Part shown: positions 21,532-31,486 of the stretch, in pieces
Layout of the letters: each line of letters begins with the position of its first letter
Numbering within the stretch: position 1 is the stretch's first letter
Origin: an uncultured Candidatus Saccharibacteria bacterium
Lineage (GTDB): Bacteria > Patescibacteriota > Saccharimonadia > Saccharimonadales > JBBQAJ01
Assembly: GCA_964593805.1 (NCBI GenBank)
Contig: CAZQHP010000001.1
Span: forward strand, 321,516-385,515
Length of the DNA stretch: 64,000 bases
Direction: 5' to 3'
The notes under the pieces: generated by a model
Told to the model about the DNA's origin: nothing
Seen by the model: the letters and a program-made list of their open reading frames with translations, nothing else
Databases searched by the model: none
Made by a program: the position numbers and the translations under genes

Positions 21532-23160
21532 ATGTATGAAGGAAATTCATTCCTTGGCGGGCCAGACTTTAGCTCTCTGGCTGAAGTGCCGCCGCCATCG
21601 CCGGAGAAAAAGCCGGACGATGACGATGATGATTTAGAAGAGGATCCAAAGCCAAAAACACTCATGGATTTTCTCAAAAAAGATCCAGAAGAATCCAAAG
21701 AAGAAAAACCCGAAGAATCAGACGAAAAGACCAAAGAAACAGAGGAGTCGGATGAAAAAGCCGAAGACGAAGAACCGGAAATAGAAACTGACCCCGCGGA
21801 AGACGCCGAAGAAGTATCTGATTCCCAAGAAATGACCGGCGAAGAAGAACAACTAGCCGCCGCCCAAATCATAAAAGAACGGGAAGAAGCGGTTCGGGCA
21901 GAAGTGGACGAAGCCAAAACCGCTGAAGCAGAAAAAGAAGCGCTGGCCGCTGGCGTGTTTTTGGATAAAGCCAAAGAAGAAGTAGAAGACGGCCAACCTG
22001 TTGCAGTGGCGCTGGACAACGCCAAGGCCAAAGCTCTAGAAAGCCTTGGCATTGAACAGCCCGAAGCTGACGAAGAACCGGAAGTAGAGATAACTCCGGC
22101 GGCGCCGGAGACCGTTGAAATACCGGAACCAATAGAACCGGAAGAACCTGAAGCGACTCCAGTAGCGCCGATACCTACGGCTGTTGGTGGCGGCACAACG
22201 CCTCCCCCTCCGCCGATAGTACCGGCTGGCGGCTTACCGCACATGCCTCTAGGCGGAGGTGGCTCTGGCGGCAATGTGTTACCACCCACTCCGAATCTAT
22301 TGCCAGATACAGAAGATCAATCCGGGCGCCGTGTTAATACCGGCGGGGCTGTACTAGCCGGCGGTTTAGTGGGCTATATGATTGGCCGGCGGCGCGGGCG
22401 GATTAAAACTGAAAAAAAACTACTGCCCATCCAGCATAAACTGGAAAAAGAGCTGGCCGATTTGCAGGACAAAATTGCCTGGCACGAAGCCAGTGTCCGC
22501 TCGCTGGTGCATGAGCAAGTGTCCAAAACGCCCGAACCAGCTGAGCAAAAAACCGAACATCTGAAAACAGCCAAAGAGCACAAAGACGCCAAAGCGGAAC
22601 ATGAAGCCGAAAGCACAACTTCCCAGAACCATTCCGAACGGCTCGGCAAATTTGCCATGGTAACAGAACGGCCCAGCCAGCCAGAGGCCAACCGCACGCC
22701 CGAACAGCTCAAGCCGATAGACCTCATGACCGTGCCGGAACTTTTGGTTCTGGCCGAAAGGATTGAAATAGAACAATCAACAGTTAGGAAATTGTACGAA
22801 GCCAAGCGCCTAAACTACGAAGGCTTGCGGCGTATCATCCGCGCCTATTTGCGCGGCGAGCGTTACGATCAGCTGGTTCGTGATAACCTGCTATCTCCCG
22901 AAAAATACGCCTATCCAGAAATGCTGCAAACTATCAATACAGGCGCTATGCAAGTCGGCAGCAGCCTGCCTGGCCAGACGAATACGGTCGATCCCAGCAA
23001 TCCTCCAGGTCAGTTCGGTGCTACACCGCCACCAGCCAATCCTTGGCAGGCACCAAATCAAATCGTGCCTGACCAAAAAACAAACGTGCCCCAAAAGGGC
23101 ATCATTGTCGCGGGCATCATCCTCGCCGTGCTGTTGCTGATTTTTATTGTCGCCCGCTAA
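21532..23160 (+). CDS. Acidic, Pro-rich hypothetical membrane protein
   Basis: E/D-rich N-half, internal GGAVLAGGLVGYMIGRRRGR segment, coiled coil, C-terminal TM. Confidence 0.75.
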   Translation: MYEGNSFLGGPDFSSLAEVPPPSPEKKPDDDDDDLEEDPKPKTLMDFLKKDPEESKEEKPEESDEKTKETEESDEKAEDEEPEIETDPAEDAEEVSDSQEMTGEEEQLAAAQIIKEREEAVRAEVDEAKTAEAEKEALAAGVFLDKAKEEVEDGQPVAVALDNAKAKALESLGIEQPEADEEPEVEITPAAPETVEIPEPIEPEEPEATPVAPIPTAVGGGTTPPPPPIVPAGGLPHMPLGGGGSGGNVLPPTPNLLPDTEDQSGRRVNTGGAVLAGGLVGYMIGRRRGRIKTEKKLLPIQHKLEKELADLQDKIAWHEASVRSLVHEQVSKTPEPAEQKTEHLKTAKEHKDAKAEHEAESTTSQNHSERLGKFAMVTERPSQPEANRTPEQLKPIDLMTVPELLVLAERIEIEQSTVRKLYEAKRLNYEGLRRIIRAYLRGERYDQLVRDNLLSPEKYAYPEMLQTINTGAMQVGSSLPGQTNTVDPSNPPGQFGATPPPANPWQAPNQIVPDQKTNVPQKGIIVAGIILAVLLLIFIVAR

Positions 23161-23183
23161 CTGAGGTATAATGTCAATCTGAT

Positions 23184-24038
23184 ATGGGCAAGATAATTCT
23201 TTATTACCAATTTGTGGCGCTGGCCGATCCAGACATGACTATGCGCTGGCAGCGCGAGCTATGCGAACGCTTGGAGCTGAAAGGCCGAATCATCATTTCC
23301 GCACATGGTATTAACGGCACTGTGGGCGGCGAGCTGAAAAACGTCAAAGCCTACGTAAGAGCCATGAACTTAACAAGCCAGTTCAAGGGTATGCAATATA
23401 AATGGAGTGATGGTTCGGCCAGTGATTTCCCTCGTCTAAGTGTCAAAGTCCGGGACGAACTGGTGACGCTGGCGCCCGGCGAGAAGTTTGACGTTTTTAA
23501 CAGCACCAAAGGTCTCAAGCCAAAGGCTTGGCACGATTACCTAGATAAGCACCCGGATGCTATCGTCTTAGACGCGCGTAACGATTACGAATCTGACATT
23601 GGCGCCTTCAAAGGCCAAAACGTGGTAAAGCCCAAGATAAAAAACTTCCGTGACATCAAACCAGAACTGGACAAACTGCCCAAAGACCAGCCTATTCTGA
23701 CGTATTGCACGGGCGACATACGCTGTGAATACTTGAGTGCTTACATGAAACACAAAGGCTTTCCTGAGGTCTATCACCTGGACGGCGGCGTGGCCAAATA
23801 CGGCCAGCAATTTGGCGACGGAGGGCATTGGGAGGGCAAGCTATACGTCTTTGACAAACGCATGAAACTGGCTTTTTCTGACAAATCCAAAGACATAGGC
23901 CATTGCGTACACTGCGACGCTTTAAGTAGTCGGCACATCAACTGCGAAGACGTAAGCTGCAACCGCCTCATTTTGGTTTGCAACGACTGCGGTAACAAGA
24001 CCACCCACTGCGAACTCCACGCTAGCCTGGCTGTATAA
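23184..24038 (+). CDS. trhO: Rhodanese-domain tRNA U34 hydroxylase TrhO (YceA family)
   Basis: LKGRIIIS..GINGT, LDARNDYE, YCTGDIRCE, WEGKLYVFDKR. Confidence 0.88.
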   Translation: MGKIILYYQFVALADPDMTMRWQRELCERLELKGRIIISAHGINGTVGGELKNVKAYVRAMNLTSQFKGMQYKWSDGSASDFPRLSVKVRDELVTLAPGEKFDVFNSTKGLKPKAWHDYLDKHPDAIVLDARNDYESDIGAFKGQNVVKPKIKNFRDIKPELDKLPKDQPILTYCTGDIRCEYLSAYMKHKGFPEVYHLDGGVAKYGQQFGDGGHWEGKLYVFDKRMKLAFSDKSKDIGHCVHCDALSSRHINCEDVSCNRLILVCNDCGNKTTHCELHASLAV

Positions 24039-24046
24039 TTACAACT

Positions 24047-25558
24047 GTGAATAAACGGTTGGAGCAGAAGCTCAAGGATTTACCAAAGACACCTGGTGTC
24101 TATTTCCACAAAAATACCAAGGGCGAAATTATTTATGTGGGCAAAGCAGCAGTTTTAAAAAACAGAGTGGCTCAATATTTTCAAAAATCGCGAAACCGTG
24201 ACGCCAAAACTGAAGCCCTGGTGGCAGAAATTGCCGACACCGACTGGATGGAAGTGGAGAGTGAATTGGAGGCATTGTTTCTAGAGGCCGAAATGGTGCG
24301 GCGCTACATGCCACGCTACAACATCTTACTGCGCGACGATAAGTCCATGGTTTACATAAGGGTAGATTACGACAGCGACTTTCCTACTGTCGGTACGACT
24401 CGAAGGCCGCTTGACGACGGCGCGCGGTATTTTGGCCCTTATCTCAGCACGCAAAGCGTTCGCCAAGCACTCAAACTTTTGCGTCGGATATTTCCGTTTG
24501 CCACCAGGCAAATAGGCGGCCAAAAAAGAGCCACACTACACTACCACCTAGGGCTTGACCCAGGTTTGGAGGAAGGCAAGACCAGCCTAGAGGATTACCG
24601 GGCTAATCTTCGCAAACTGATGGCGGTTATAGAAGGCAAACGCAAAACAATTGAAAAACAGCTAGAAAAAGATATGAACTCCTTCGCAAAAACTTCGGAG
24701 TTTGAAAAAGCAGCTGCGGCCAGAAACCAGCTATTTTCGCTTAGGCGCCTAAACCAGCAAGTTATCTTTAGCGACAAAGAATTTTTGGACATTAGCAAAG
24801 ACCATGCGCTCGGAGAACTGGTTGATTTGCTGGGATTATCGTCCTTCCCCCGGCGTATCGAAGGCTATGACATAAGCCACATGAGCGGAACTGACGTGGT
24901 AGCCAGCATGGTTGTTTTTACCAACGGCGCCAGCAACAAGAGTGAATACCGCAAGTTCAAAACCAAAATAGATCACAACAACGATTTTTATAATATGCAC
25001 GAAACCATCACCCGCCGGCTGAGCGAAAAAAACCGCAAAGCCTGGGGCCTGCCCAGCTTGGTGTTGATTGATGGCGGCAAAGGCCAGCTGGACGCGGCCA
25101 TTCGGGCTCGCGACGAATCCGGGCAGCTAAACATCCCATTTATCGGCTTGGCCAAACGCGAAGAGCAAATCGTCGTTCACAAACAACTGTCCGATGTCGT
25201 GCTAAACCAAGAAATTTTACACAAACTTGGAGGTTTTATGACTGAAAGTAGCGACTACATCTTGATTAATCTTCCCGCCAGCACTAACCTCGTCAAGCTA
25301 CTCCAAAGAATCCGTGACGAATCCCACCGTTTCGCGGTCAGCTATCACTCGGTTCTCAAAGTAAAACGCCAAACCGCCAGTACGCTAGACGAAATCCCTA
25401 CGATTGGGCCCGCCACCCGGAAAAGGCTGCTCAAAACTTTTGGCAGTCTTCGTGGAATTATGCAGGCCGAAGAGTCCAAAATAGAAAAAACTATTGGGAA
25501 AACAAAAGCCGCGTCTTTGGGTAAGTATTTGGACGCAATTAGGCAAGATGAACTTTAG
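24047..25558 (+). CDS. uvrC: Excinuclease ABC subunit C (short form)
   Basis: GIY-YIG (PGVY..IYVGKA), UVR, IEGYDISH, IDGGKGQ, RDESHRFA, HhH. Confidence 0.95.
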   Translation: MNKRLEQKLKDLPKTPGVYFHKNTKGEIIYVGKAAVLKNRVAQYFQKSRNRDAKTEALVAEIADTDWMEVESELEALFLEAEMVRRYMPRYNILLRDDKSMVYIRVDYDSDFPTVGTTRRPLDDGARYFGPYLSTQSVRQALKLLRRIFPFATRQIGGQKRATLHYHLGLDPGLEEGKTSLEDYRANLRKLMAVIEGKRKTIEKQLEKDMNSFAKTSEFEKAAAARNQLFSLRRLNQQVIFSDKEFLDISKDHALGELVDLLGLSSFPRRIEGYDISHMSGTDVVASMVVFTNGASNKSEYRKFKTKIDHNNDFYNMHETITRRLSEKNRKAWGLPSLVLIDGGKGQLDAAIRARDESGQLNIPFIGLAKREEQIVVHKQLSDVVLNQEILHKLGGFMTESSDYILINLPASTNLVKLLQRIRDESHRFAVSYHSVLKVKRQTASTLDEIPTIGPATRKRLLKTFGSLRGIMQAEESKIEKTIGKTKAASLGKYLDAIRQDEL

Positions 25559-25590
25559 GCCTCTAAATTTGGTATACTGTCTGTTCAACC

Positions 25591-26808
25591 ATGAAATCTG
25601 AGTTTACGGCCGAGTTTTTTCGCGGCAACCGAGAGAAGTTGAGAACGTTGTTTACCGGTACGGCGCCTATAATACTGAGCGCCAACGGCCTACTGCAGCG
25701 CTCTACGAGTATGGCCTATCCGTTTACGCAGGACGGTAACTTTTGGTACCTAACAGGGATTGATGAACCGGGCGTTGTGCTGGTAATGGATAAAAACAAA
25801 GAATACTTGATTGTGCCAAATTTGTCCCATTATCAAGAGGTGTTTGACGGCAGTTTAAGCCCAGAAGGGCTTGCTAAAATATCCGGTATTGAAACAATCT
25901 TGCCAGCCAAAGAGGGGTGGAGGCAGCTAAAAACCCGGCTAAAAAAGGTAAAACACGCGGCAACGATTGCGGCACCGCCGGTTTTTGTGGAAACCTACGG
26001 CATGTATACCAACCCGGCACGAGCTGATTTGATAGACAGCTTGAAAAAATCCAACAGCAACCTTGAACTGCTGGATCTGAGCCAGCACATGCAGCGCCTG
26101 CGTATGGTTAAGCAGCCGATTGAAATTGAGATGATTTTGGGAGCAATTTCAGCCACCAAGGGCGGTATGGAATACGTTGAAAAGAAATTTCGAGCAGGCC
26201 ACTACGCCCATGAGTTTGACATAGAGCTGGATTTGGATAATCAATTTTGGAAAAAGGGAGCAATGGGCCACAGTTTTGACCCGATTATTGCTGGCGGTGA
26301 AAGAGGATTGACGCTGCACATGGCAGACAAAGCAATGCTGGATCCGGACAAACAACTGTTGCTGGATGTTGGCGCCCAGTACCGGCACTACGCGGCGGAC
26401 ATATCGCGGACTTGGATGCGCGAACCAACCAAACGTTTTGCGGCCGTACACGAAGCGGTCTGCGAAGTAGCTGATTTTGCCGTGGGTTTGCTCAAACCAG
26501 GCACGATTTTGAAAGATTATGAGAAGCAAGTAGAAGATTTCATGGGTGAAAAGTTGCGCGAGCTCGGACTCATCAAGATTATTGAGCACGACAGCGTACG
26601 GAAGTTTTTCCCGCACGCCACCTCGCACTTTTTGGGCATAGACGTTCATGACGTGGGGGACTACGGCCGGCCAATAGAAGCGGGCACAGTATTGACCGTT
26701 GAGCCGGGCATATACATACCGGAAGAAGGTATTGGCGTGCGGATTGAGGACGATGTGTTAATTACTGCGGCTGGTTGTCAGAATCTAAGCAAGGCGCTAG
26801 CACGATGA
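25591..26808 (+). CDS. pepP: Xaa-Pro aminopeptidase (M24B)
   Basis: FWYLTGIDEP, DVGA..YAADISRT, HFLGIDVHD, TVEPGIY, GVRIEDD. Confidence 0.92.
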   Translation: MKSEFTAEFFRGNREKLRTLFTGTAPIILSANGLLQRSTSMAYPFTQDGNFWYLTGIDEPGVVLVMDKNKEYLIVPNLSHYQEVFDGSLSPEGLAKISGIETILPAKEGWRQLKTRLKKVKHAATIAAPPVFVETYGMYTNPARADLIDSLKKSNSNLELLDLSQHMQRLRMVKQPIEIEMILGAISATKGGMEYVEKKFRAGHYAHEFDIELDLDNQFWKKGAMGHSFDPIIAGGERGLTLHMADKAMLDPDKQLLLDVGAQYRHYAADISRTWMREPTKRFAAVHEAVCEVADFAVGLLKPGTILKDYEKQVEDFMGEKLRELGLIKIIEHDSVRKFFPHATSHFLGIDVHDVGDYGRPIEAGTVLTVEPGIYIPEEGIGVRIEDDVLITAAGCQNLSKALAR

Positions 26809-26833
26809 CCTGCTTCTGCTACAATAGATACCA

Positions 26834-27199
26834 ATGAAACGCGGTCCAATCGCCAGATTTTTAGTAAGATGGTTTGTTTGCGGCCTGGGGCTTTGGGTTG
26901 CCGCGGGTACATTAGGCCAGCGCGTCAATTACGACAGCCGGATCGGCGTGATTGTGGTTGCCGGTTTGATACTAGGTATTGTCAACGCAATCATCAAGCC
27001 AGTAGTGGTTATTTTGTCTTTGCCAGCCATTCTGTTTAGCCTGGGGCTGTTTATGATTGTCATCAACGGCTTCATGGTGCTGCTAGTTAGCAAACTGTAC
27101 ACCAGCCTGCAAGTAACCAACTTTGGCGCCGCCATGCTTGCCGGTATGGTGATTGGCTTGGTAAACTACTTAGTGACAACTATCTTGGAGGAAAGCTAA
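26834..27199 (+). CDS. 4-TM phage-holin-family (YvlD-like) membrane protein
   Basis: GIVNAIIKP..LSLP..SLGLF..VING motif. Confidence 0.85.
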   Translation: MKRGPIARFLVRWFVCGLGLWVAAGTLGQRVNYDSRIGVIVVAGLILGIVNAIIKPVVVILSLPAILFSLGLFMIVINGFMVLLVSKLYTSLQVTNFGAAMLAGMVIGLVNYLVTTILEES

Positions 27200-27201
27200 C
27201 T

Positions 27202-27414
27202 ATGTCTGCATACAACTATGTCACCATTGGCTCAATGGCTTTACTGACAATTTTGATATTGCTGCAAACCCGCGGCGCCAGCCTGGGGGCGGGCATGGGC
27301 GGCGGCGGCGAGGTCAATACCGTACGGCGTGGTTCAGACAAGACGCTGCACCAGATTACCATAGTGCTTGCGATAGTATTTTCGTCATCACTCTTATTGG
27401 GCCTTATATCTTAA
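27202..27414 (+). CDS. secG: Preprotein translocase subunit SecG
   Basis: ILLQTRGASLG, RRGSDKTL, 2 TM. Confidence 0.9.
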   Translation: MSAYNYVTIGSMALLTILILLQTRGASLGAGMGGGGEVNTVRRGSDKTLHQITIVLAIVFSSSLLLGLIS

Positions 27415-27421
27415 GTTCTCC

Positions 27422-29209
27422 ATGATTGACCGCACCACACGGCTACGAGTACGTCGCAGATTCAAGCACCGGCGCCGGCAGGTTCAAGATATAAGCGTGC
27501 AGGCAGAGGAGCACCTGGAGCGCCATTTGTTCAAACGCCTGACACGGCTGTTTGATGTACGCCGTTTTGTGATTGGCTGGCTGTTGCTTTTGGTACTGCT
27601 AGCGAGCGGCGTTACCATGCAGCTTCGGGCGCTGGGGAGCTATTATCAAGACTTAATACCCGTGGCTGGGGGCACGTATTCCGAAGGCATGATAGGCAGT
27701 TTTACAAATGCCAGCCCAATCTATGCTACCGGTTTGGTGGACGCCACTGTTTCGCGGCTAGTTTTTGCTGGACTGCTTAAATATGACGCCAACAACCAGC
27801 TCGTAGGCGATTTGGCTGAAAGCTGGAAAATAGACGAAGAAGGCAAGGTGTATACCGTTGTGTTACGGCCAGGGCTAAAATGGCACGACGGCAAAGAACT
27901 AACCGCCGAAGATGTGGCGTTTACGTTCCATACCATTCAAAACCCAGACGCCAAATCGCCGCTGTTTCATGCCTGGCGGGGGATAGATGTCAAAGCTAAC
28001 GACGCCAGGACGATTACTTTTACTTTGCCAAGCTCGCTGGCGCCTTTTATATACGGCCTCACTACTGGTATCGTGCCCAAGCACAGCCTGGAAGGCATTG
28101 ACCCCGCCCAGCTGCGATCTTCGCCGTTCAACACCGCCCGTCCAATCGGAGCCGGACCATTTGCCTGGGACACGATTGAAATTATAGCCAACGGCAACGA
28201 GCCCAATTTGCAAAACATCGGTCTAAAAGCCTTCGATGCCTACCACAGTGGCGCTCCAAAGCTAGGACAGTTCATTATAAAAACCTACACTAGCGAAGAA
28301 CAATTGGTGGCGAGCTTCCAAAACCAAGAAGTAAATAGTCTGGTCGGGTTGAACAGCCTGCCAGATAGGCTAGTCAAAAACAAAGATGTTACAGAGTACT
28401 CTACGCCTTTGACTGCCGAAACAGGCGTGTTTTTGCGTACCGATAGCGAGCTGTTAAAAGACGCTAGGGTTAGGCAGGCGCTCGTACAGGCGGTTGACGT
28501 ACCGGCAATTGTGGGCGGGCTAGGCTATCCTGCTATTGTGGCTGATTCGCCGTTGCTCCGCGGCCAGCTTGGCTACAACGCCGCCTATCGCCAACTGCCC
28601 AAGAACCTTGAACAGGCAAACAAACTGCTTGATGATGCTGGCTGGAAGTTGCCGGCAGGCGAAACAGTGCGCACCAACGGGCAAGTAAAATTAAGCCTGA
28701 AGTTTTTTGCCGCAAACAATGCCGACTACAGCAACCTGGCTCAGCGGATACAAGAAGCCTGGCGGGCTATAGGCGTGGAAACCCAGGCTACCCTGCCGAC
28801 TGACGCTGATTTGCAAAACGTGGTGAACAGCCGCGGATACGATGCCCTGCTGTATGGCGTATCAGTTGGCGTTGACCCCGATGTCTTTGCTTATTGGCAC
28901 AGTACGCAAGCCGACCCTAGGGCAAGATCCAGGCTAAATTTTTCAAACTACAAATCGACACCAGCTGACAAGGCGCTAGAAGCCGGTCGATCACGGTCTG
29001 ACCCCAGTCTGCGATCAGCCAAGTATCTGCCGTTTTTGCAAGCCTGGCGAAATGACGCGCCCGCTCTCATGTTGTATCAGCCGCGCTTTCTATACATTAC
29101 CCGTGGACGGCTGTTTGGTTTTGAGCCCAGAGCCATCAATTCTGCCGCTGATCGTTTGAACAATGTAGAAAATTGGATGATCCGCCAGGACTACGCCCCC
29201 AAACTCTAG
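27422..29209 (+). CDS. Peptide ABC transporter substrate-binding protein (family 5), N-terminal TM
   Basis: GDLAESW, KWHDGKELTAEDVAFT, PIGAGPF, VRQAL. Confidence 0.9.
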   Translation: MIDRTTRLRVRRRFKHRRRQVQDISVQAEEHLERHLFKRLTRLFDVRRFVIGWLLLLVLLASGVTMQLRALGSYYQDLIPVAGGTYSEGMIGSFTNASPIYATGLVDATVSRLVFAGLLKYDANNQLVGDLAESWKIDEEGKVYTVVLRPGLKWHDGKELTAEDVAFTFHTIQNPDAKSPLFHAWRGIDVKANDARTITFTLPSSLAPFIYGLTTGIVPKHSLEGIDPAQLRSSPFNTARPIGAGPFAWDTIEIIANGNEPNLQNIGLKAFDAYHSGAPKLGQFIIKTYTSEEQLVASFQNQEVNSLVGLNSLPDRLVKNKDVTEYSTPLTAETGVFLRTDSELLKDARVRQALVQAVDVPAIVGGLGYPAIVADSPLLRGQLGYNAAYRQLPKNLEQANKLLDDAGWKLPAGETVRTNGQVKLSLKFFAANNADYSNLAQRIQEAWRAIGVETQATLPTDADLQNVVNSRGYDALLYGVSVGVDPDVFAYWHSTQADPRARSRLNFSNYKSTPADKALEAGRSRSDPSLRSAKYLPFLQAWRNDAPALMLYQPRFLYITRGRLFGFEPRAINSAADRLNNVENWMIRQDYAPKL

Positions 29210-29216
29210 TGCAAGC

Positions 29217-29245
29217 TTGAGTTTTACCCTTAAAATTCGTAAGAT
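29217..29245 (+). promoter_or_regulatory. Promoter for the tRNA-Leu locus
   Basis: TTGAGT-17 nt-TAAGAT, 10 nt before the tRNA-like 5' end. Confidence 0.55.
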
Positions 29246-29255
29246 AGCAGAGTTC

Positions 29256-29308
29256 GCGCGAGTGCTGGAATCGGTAGACAGGTCCGCCGCGGCGGATGCC
29301 GCAAAGCA
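29256..29308 (+). pseudogene. tRNA-Leu relic: acceptor 5' strand and D arm, palindrome in place of anticodon arm, no T arm or 3' end
   Basis: GCGCGAGTGCTGGAATCGGTAGACAGG matches the 5' ends of tRNA-Leu at 31183 and 33789. Confidence 0.7.
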
Positions 29309-29318
29309 AACACATCAT

Positions 29319-29402
29319 GCGGATGTGGTGGAATGGTAGACACGCTTGTCTGAGGGGCAAGTGCCGTAAGGCGTGAAGGTTCAAGTCCTTTCATCCGCAC
29401 CA
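29319..29402 (+). tRNA. tRNA-Leu(GAG)
   Basis: Cloverleaf, loop CTGAGGG, long variable arm, GGTTCAAGTCC, CCA. Confidence 0.95.
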
Positions 29403-29478
29403 ATTTCTCTTATCAACTACTTATTTGATATGATACTAACCAGCATGCTAACGCTTGATCGGGGTTGGAAAAGGTTTT

Positions 29479-31116
29479 ATGAGTAAGGTTGCGCATTATC
29501 TGCAAGAACATTTAGTTGGTGAAGTAATGACCAATGCCGACGCGCGGCGTTATTTTGCTACTGACGCCAGCATTTTCAGCCTGCCGCCGGCTATTGTTGT
29601 CTATCCTCGCAACGAAAACGATATTCGCAAAACAGCCCGGTTTACCTGGCAGCTTGCCGAACGCGGTCGAGTTATTCCCATGACCGCCCGCGGTCTTGGG
29701 ACCGACCAAAGCGGCGCGGCACTCGGTAGCGGCATCATGCTGGTATTTCCGGCGCACATGCACCAGATTCTAGAGTTTGAGGGCAAATCAGGAGACGTGA
29801 CCGTAGAGCCTGGTATTGTGTATGGCAAACTTCAACAGGCGTTGCACACTCACAGCCGTTTCCTGCCGCCATACCCAGCATCACTTGAATATTCAACCGT
29901 TGGCGGCGCGATCGGCAATAATGCTGGCGGCGAGCGAAGCATCAAATACGGATCAACGCGTCCGTTCGTGAAACGGCTCAGAGTGGTACTTGCCAACGGC
30001 GAGATTATAGAAGTGCGCCGCTTGAATAAGCGCGAACTAAATAAAAAACTGGGCTTAAACAGCATGGAGGGCGAAGTTTACCGCCAGCTGGATAAATTGC
30101 TAGAAGAAAATCAGGCAGTTATAAAAAAATCGGTACTGCCTGTAACAAAAAACGCCGCCGGCTACGCCCTGCCGGAAATTAGAAACAAAGATGGTTCGTT
30201 TGACCTTACGCCGTTGTTTGTGGGCTCGCAAGGAACGCTCGGAATCATGACCGAAGCCACACTTTCAACCGAGCCGCATAACCCCAAGGCCACGCTTATC
30301 GTGGCTTTTCTGGACGACTTAAGCATAGCCCAAGAAATAATTGCCGAACTCCACAAATTTTCAGACTTGCCAGCTAGCATAGAAATGGTAGACAGCCACT
30401 TGCTGGAGTTTGTACAATCGCAGAATCCAACTTTGCTCAAAGACGTGCTGGAGCCGCCTTTTCAGAAACTAGTGTTGTTTATAGAATATGACAACCTGGC
30501 CGATCGCGCCCAAAAACATCTGGCCAAAAAAACCATCAAACTTTTAGAGCATTTTCAGGTAGCGTATAGAAAAGAGACAGACGCGGAAGCCAGGGAACAG
30601 CTTTGGAAAATCCGCCAAGCCGCCTCTGCCGTGCTTTCGCATAACGATGCGGGAGCCAAGCCGGTGCCAATCATCGAAGACGGTATTGTGCCGGTAGAAA
30701 AGTTCCAGGAATTTCTAGAGGGCATTTACGATTTGTTCGCTGCGCACCGTTTGCCCGTTTCGGTCTGGGGCCATGCCGGCAACGCTCACTTGCACGTACA
30801 GCCGCTGCTAAACCTAAGCCAGGTAGGGGACAGGCAAAAACTTTTTAAGCTCGTAGAAGATTATTACGCGCTTGTCATGCGGCTAGAAGGCAGTACGACT
30901 GGGGAGCATGGCGACGGCCGACTGCGCGCGCCGTTTTTGAAGCAGCTTTACGGCCCGGAAGTTTACGACTTGTTTACTCAGGTTAAGCAAATTTTTGATC
31001 CCTACGGCACGCTCAATCCCGGCGTCAAAATGGGCGTTACTCTAGAAGATATAAAGCCGTTGCTCCGCCAAGAATACGACCTAGCCCACTTGTACGACCA
31101 CATGCCTCGTAGTTGA
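29479..31116 (+). CDS. FAD-linked oxidoreductase (GlcD/D-lactate dehydrogenase family)
   Basis: RGLGTDQSG, STVGGAIGNNAGG, GSQGTLG, GHAGNAHLH, GEHGDG, NPG. Confidence 0.9.
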   Translation: MSKVAHYLQEHLVGEVMTNADARRYFATDASIFSLPPAIVVYPRNENDIRKTARFTWQLAERGRVIPMTARGLGTDQSGAALGSGIMLVFPAHMHQILEFEGKSGDVTVEPGIVYGKLQQALHTHSRFLPPYPASLEYSTVGGAIGNNAGGERSIKYGSTRPFVKRLRVVLANGEIIEVRRLNKRELNKKLGLNSMEGEVYRQLDKLLEENQAVIKKSVLPVTKNAAGYALPEIRNKDGSFDLTPLFVGSQGTLGIMTEATLSTEPHNPKATLIVAFLDDLSIAQEIIAELHKFSDLPASIEMVDSHLLEFVQSQNPTLLKDVLEPPFQKLVLFIEYDNLADRAQKHLAKKTIKLLEHFQVAYRKETDAEAREQLWKIRQAASAVLSHNDAGAKPVPIIEDGIVPVEKFQEFLEGIYDLFAAHRLPVSVWGHAGNAHLHVQPLLNLSQVGDRQKLFKLVEDYYALVMRLEGSTTGEHGDGRLRAPFLKQLYGPEVYDLFTQVKQIFDPYGTLNPGVKMGVTLEDIKPLLRQEYDLAHLYDHMPRS

Positions 31117-31182
31117 TGCGAAATCGGGTTTGAATTATTGCCTAGAAATGCTAAGATAACCTCTGTTCTTTAAGATACGTCT

Positions 31183-31269
31183 GCGCGAGTGGCGGAATTG
31201 GTAGACGCGCTAGCTTCAGGAGTTAGTGAGAGCAATCTCGTGGAGGTTCAAGTCCTCTCTCGCGCACCA
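31183..31269 (+). tRNA. tRNA-Leu(CAG)
   Basis: Cloverleaf, loop TTCAGGA, CCA. Confidence 0.95.
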
Positions 31270-31274
31270 AAATC

Positions 31275-31351
31275 GGGCGGTTAGCTCAGTTGGCTAGAGC
31301 ACCTCGTTTACACCGAGGGGGTCATAGGTTCGAGTCCTATACCGCCCACCA
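31275..31351 (+). tRNA. tRNA-Val(TAC)
   Basis: Cloverleaf, loop TTTACAC, CCA. Confidence 0.96.
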
Positions 31352-31373
31352 AGCTTTGTTTCACAAAGCAGTT

Positions 31374-31486
31374 AACAATTTACATTTATCATTTTACATT
31401 TTTGGACAAAAGCTAGGCTTTTGAATTTAACGTATCAGCGGAGCTGTCCAACATTGAAAATTGTGAATTGATACTTGATACTTGTT
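31374..31486. repeat. Imperfect inverted repeat made of heptamer units, in the tRNA-Val/Phe spacer
   Basis: Left AACAATT TACATTT ATCATTT TACATTT TTGGACA; right TGTCCAA CATTGAA AATTGTG AATTGAT ACTTGAT ACTTGTT. Confidence 0.7.

Noticed and set aside
21516-22289. 257-aa antisense ORF, and similar long antisense ORFs (37795-38655, 4127-4840, 49568-50242)
   Set aside because: Shadows of well-supported genes on the other strand, with no motifs of their own.
29256-29282. Split or intron-containing tRNA-Leu
   Set aside because: No free matching 3' half or group I intron core in the window; both CTCGCGCACCA ends belong to complete tRNAs.
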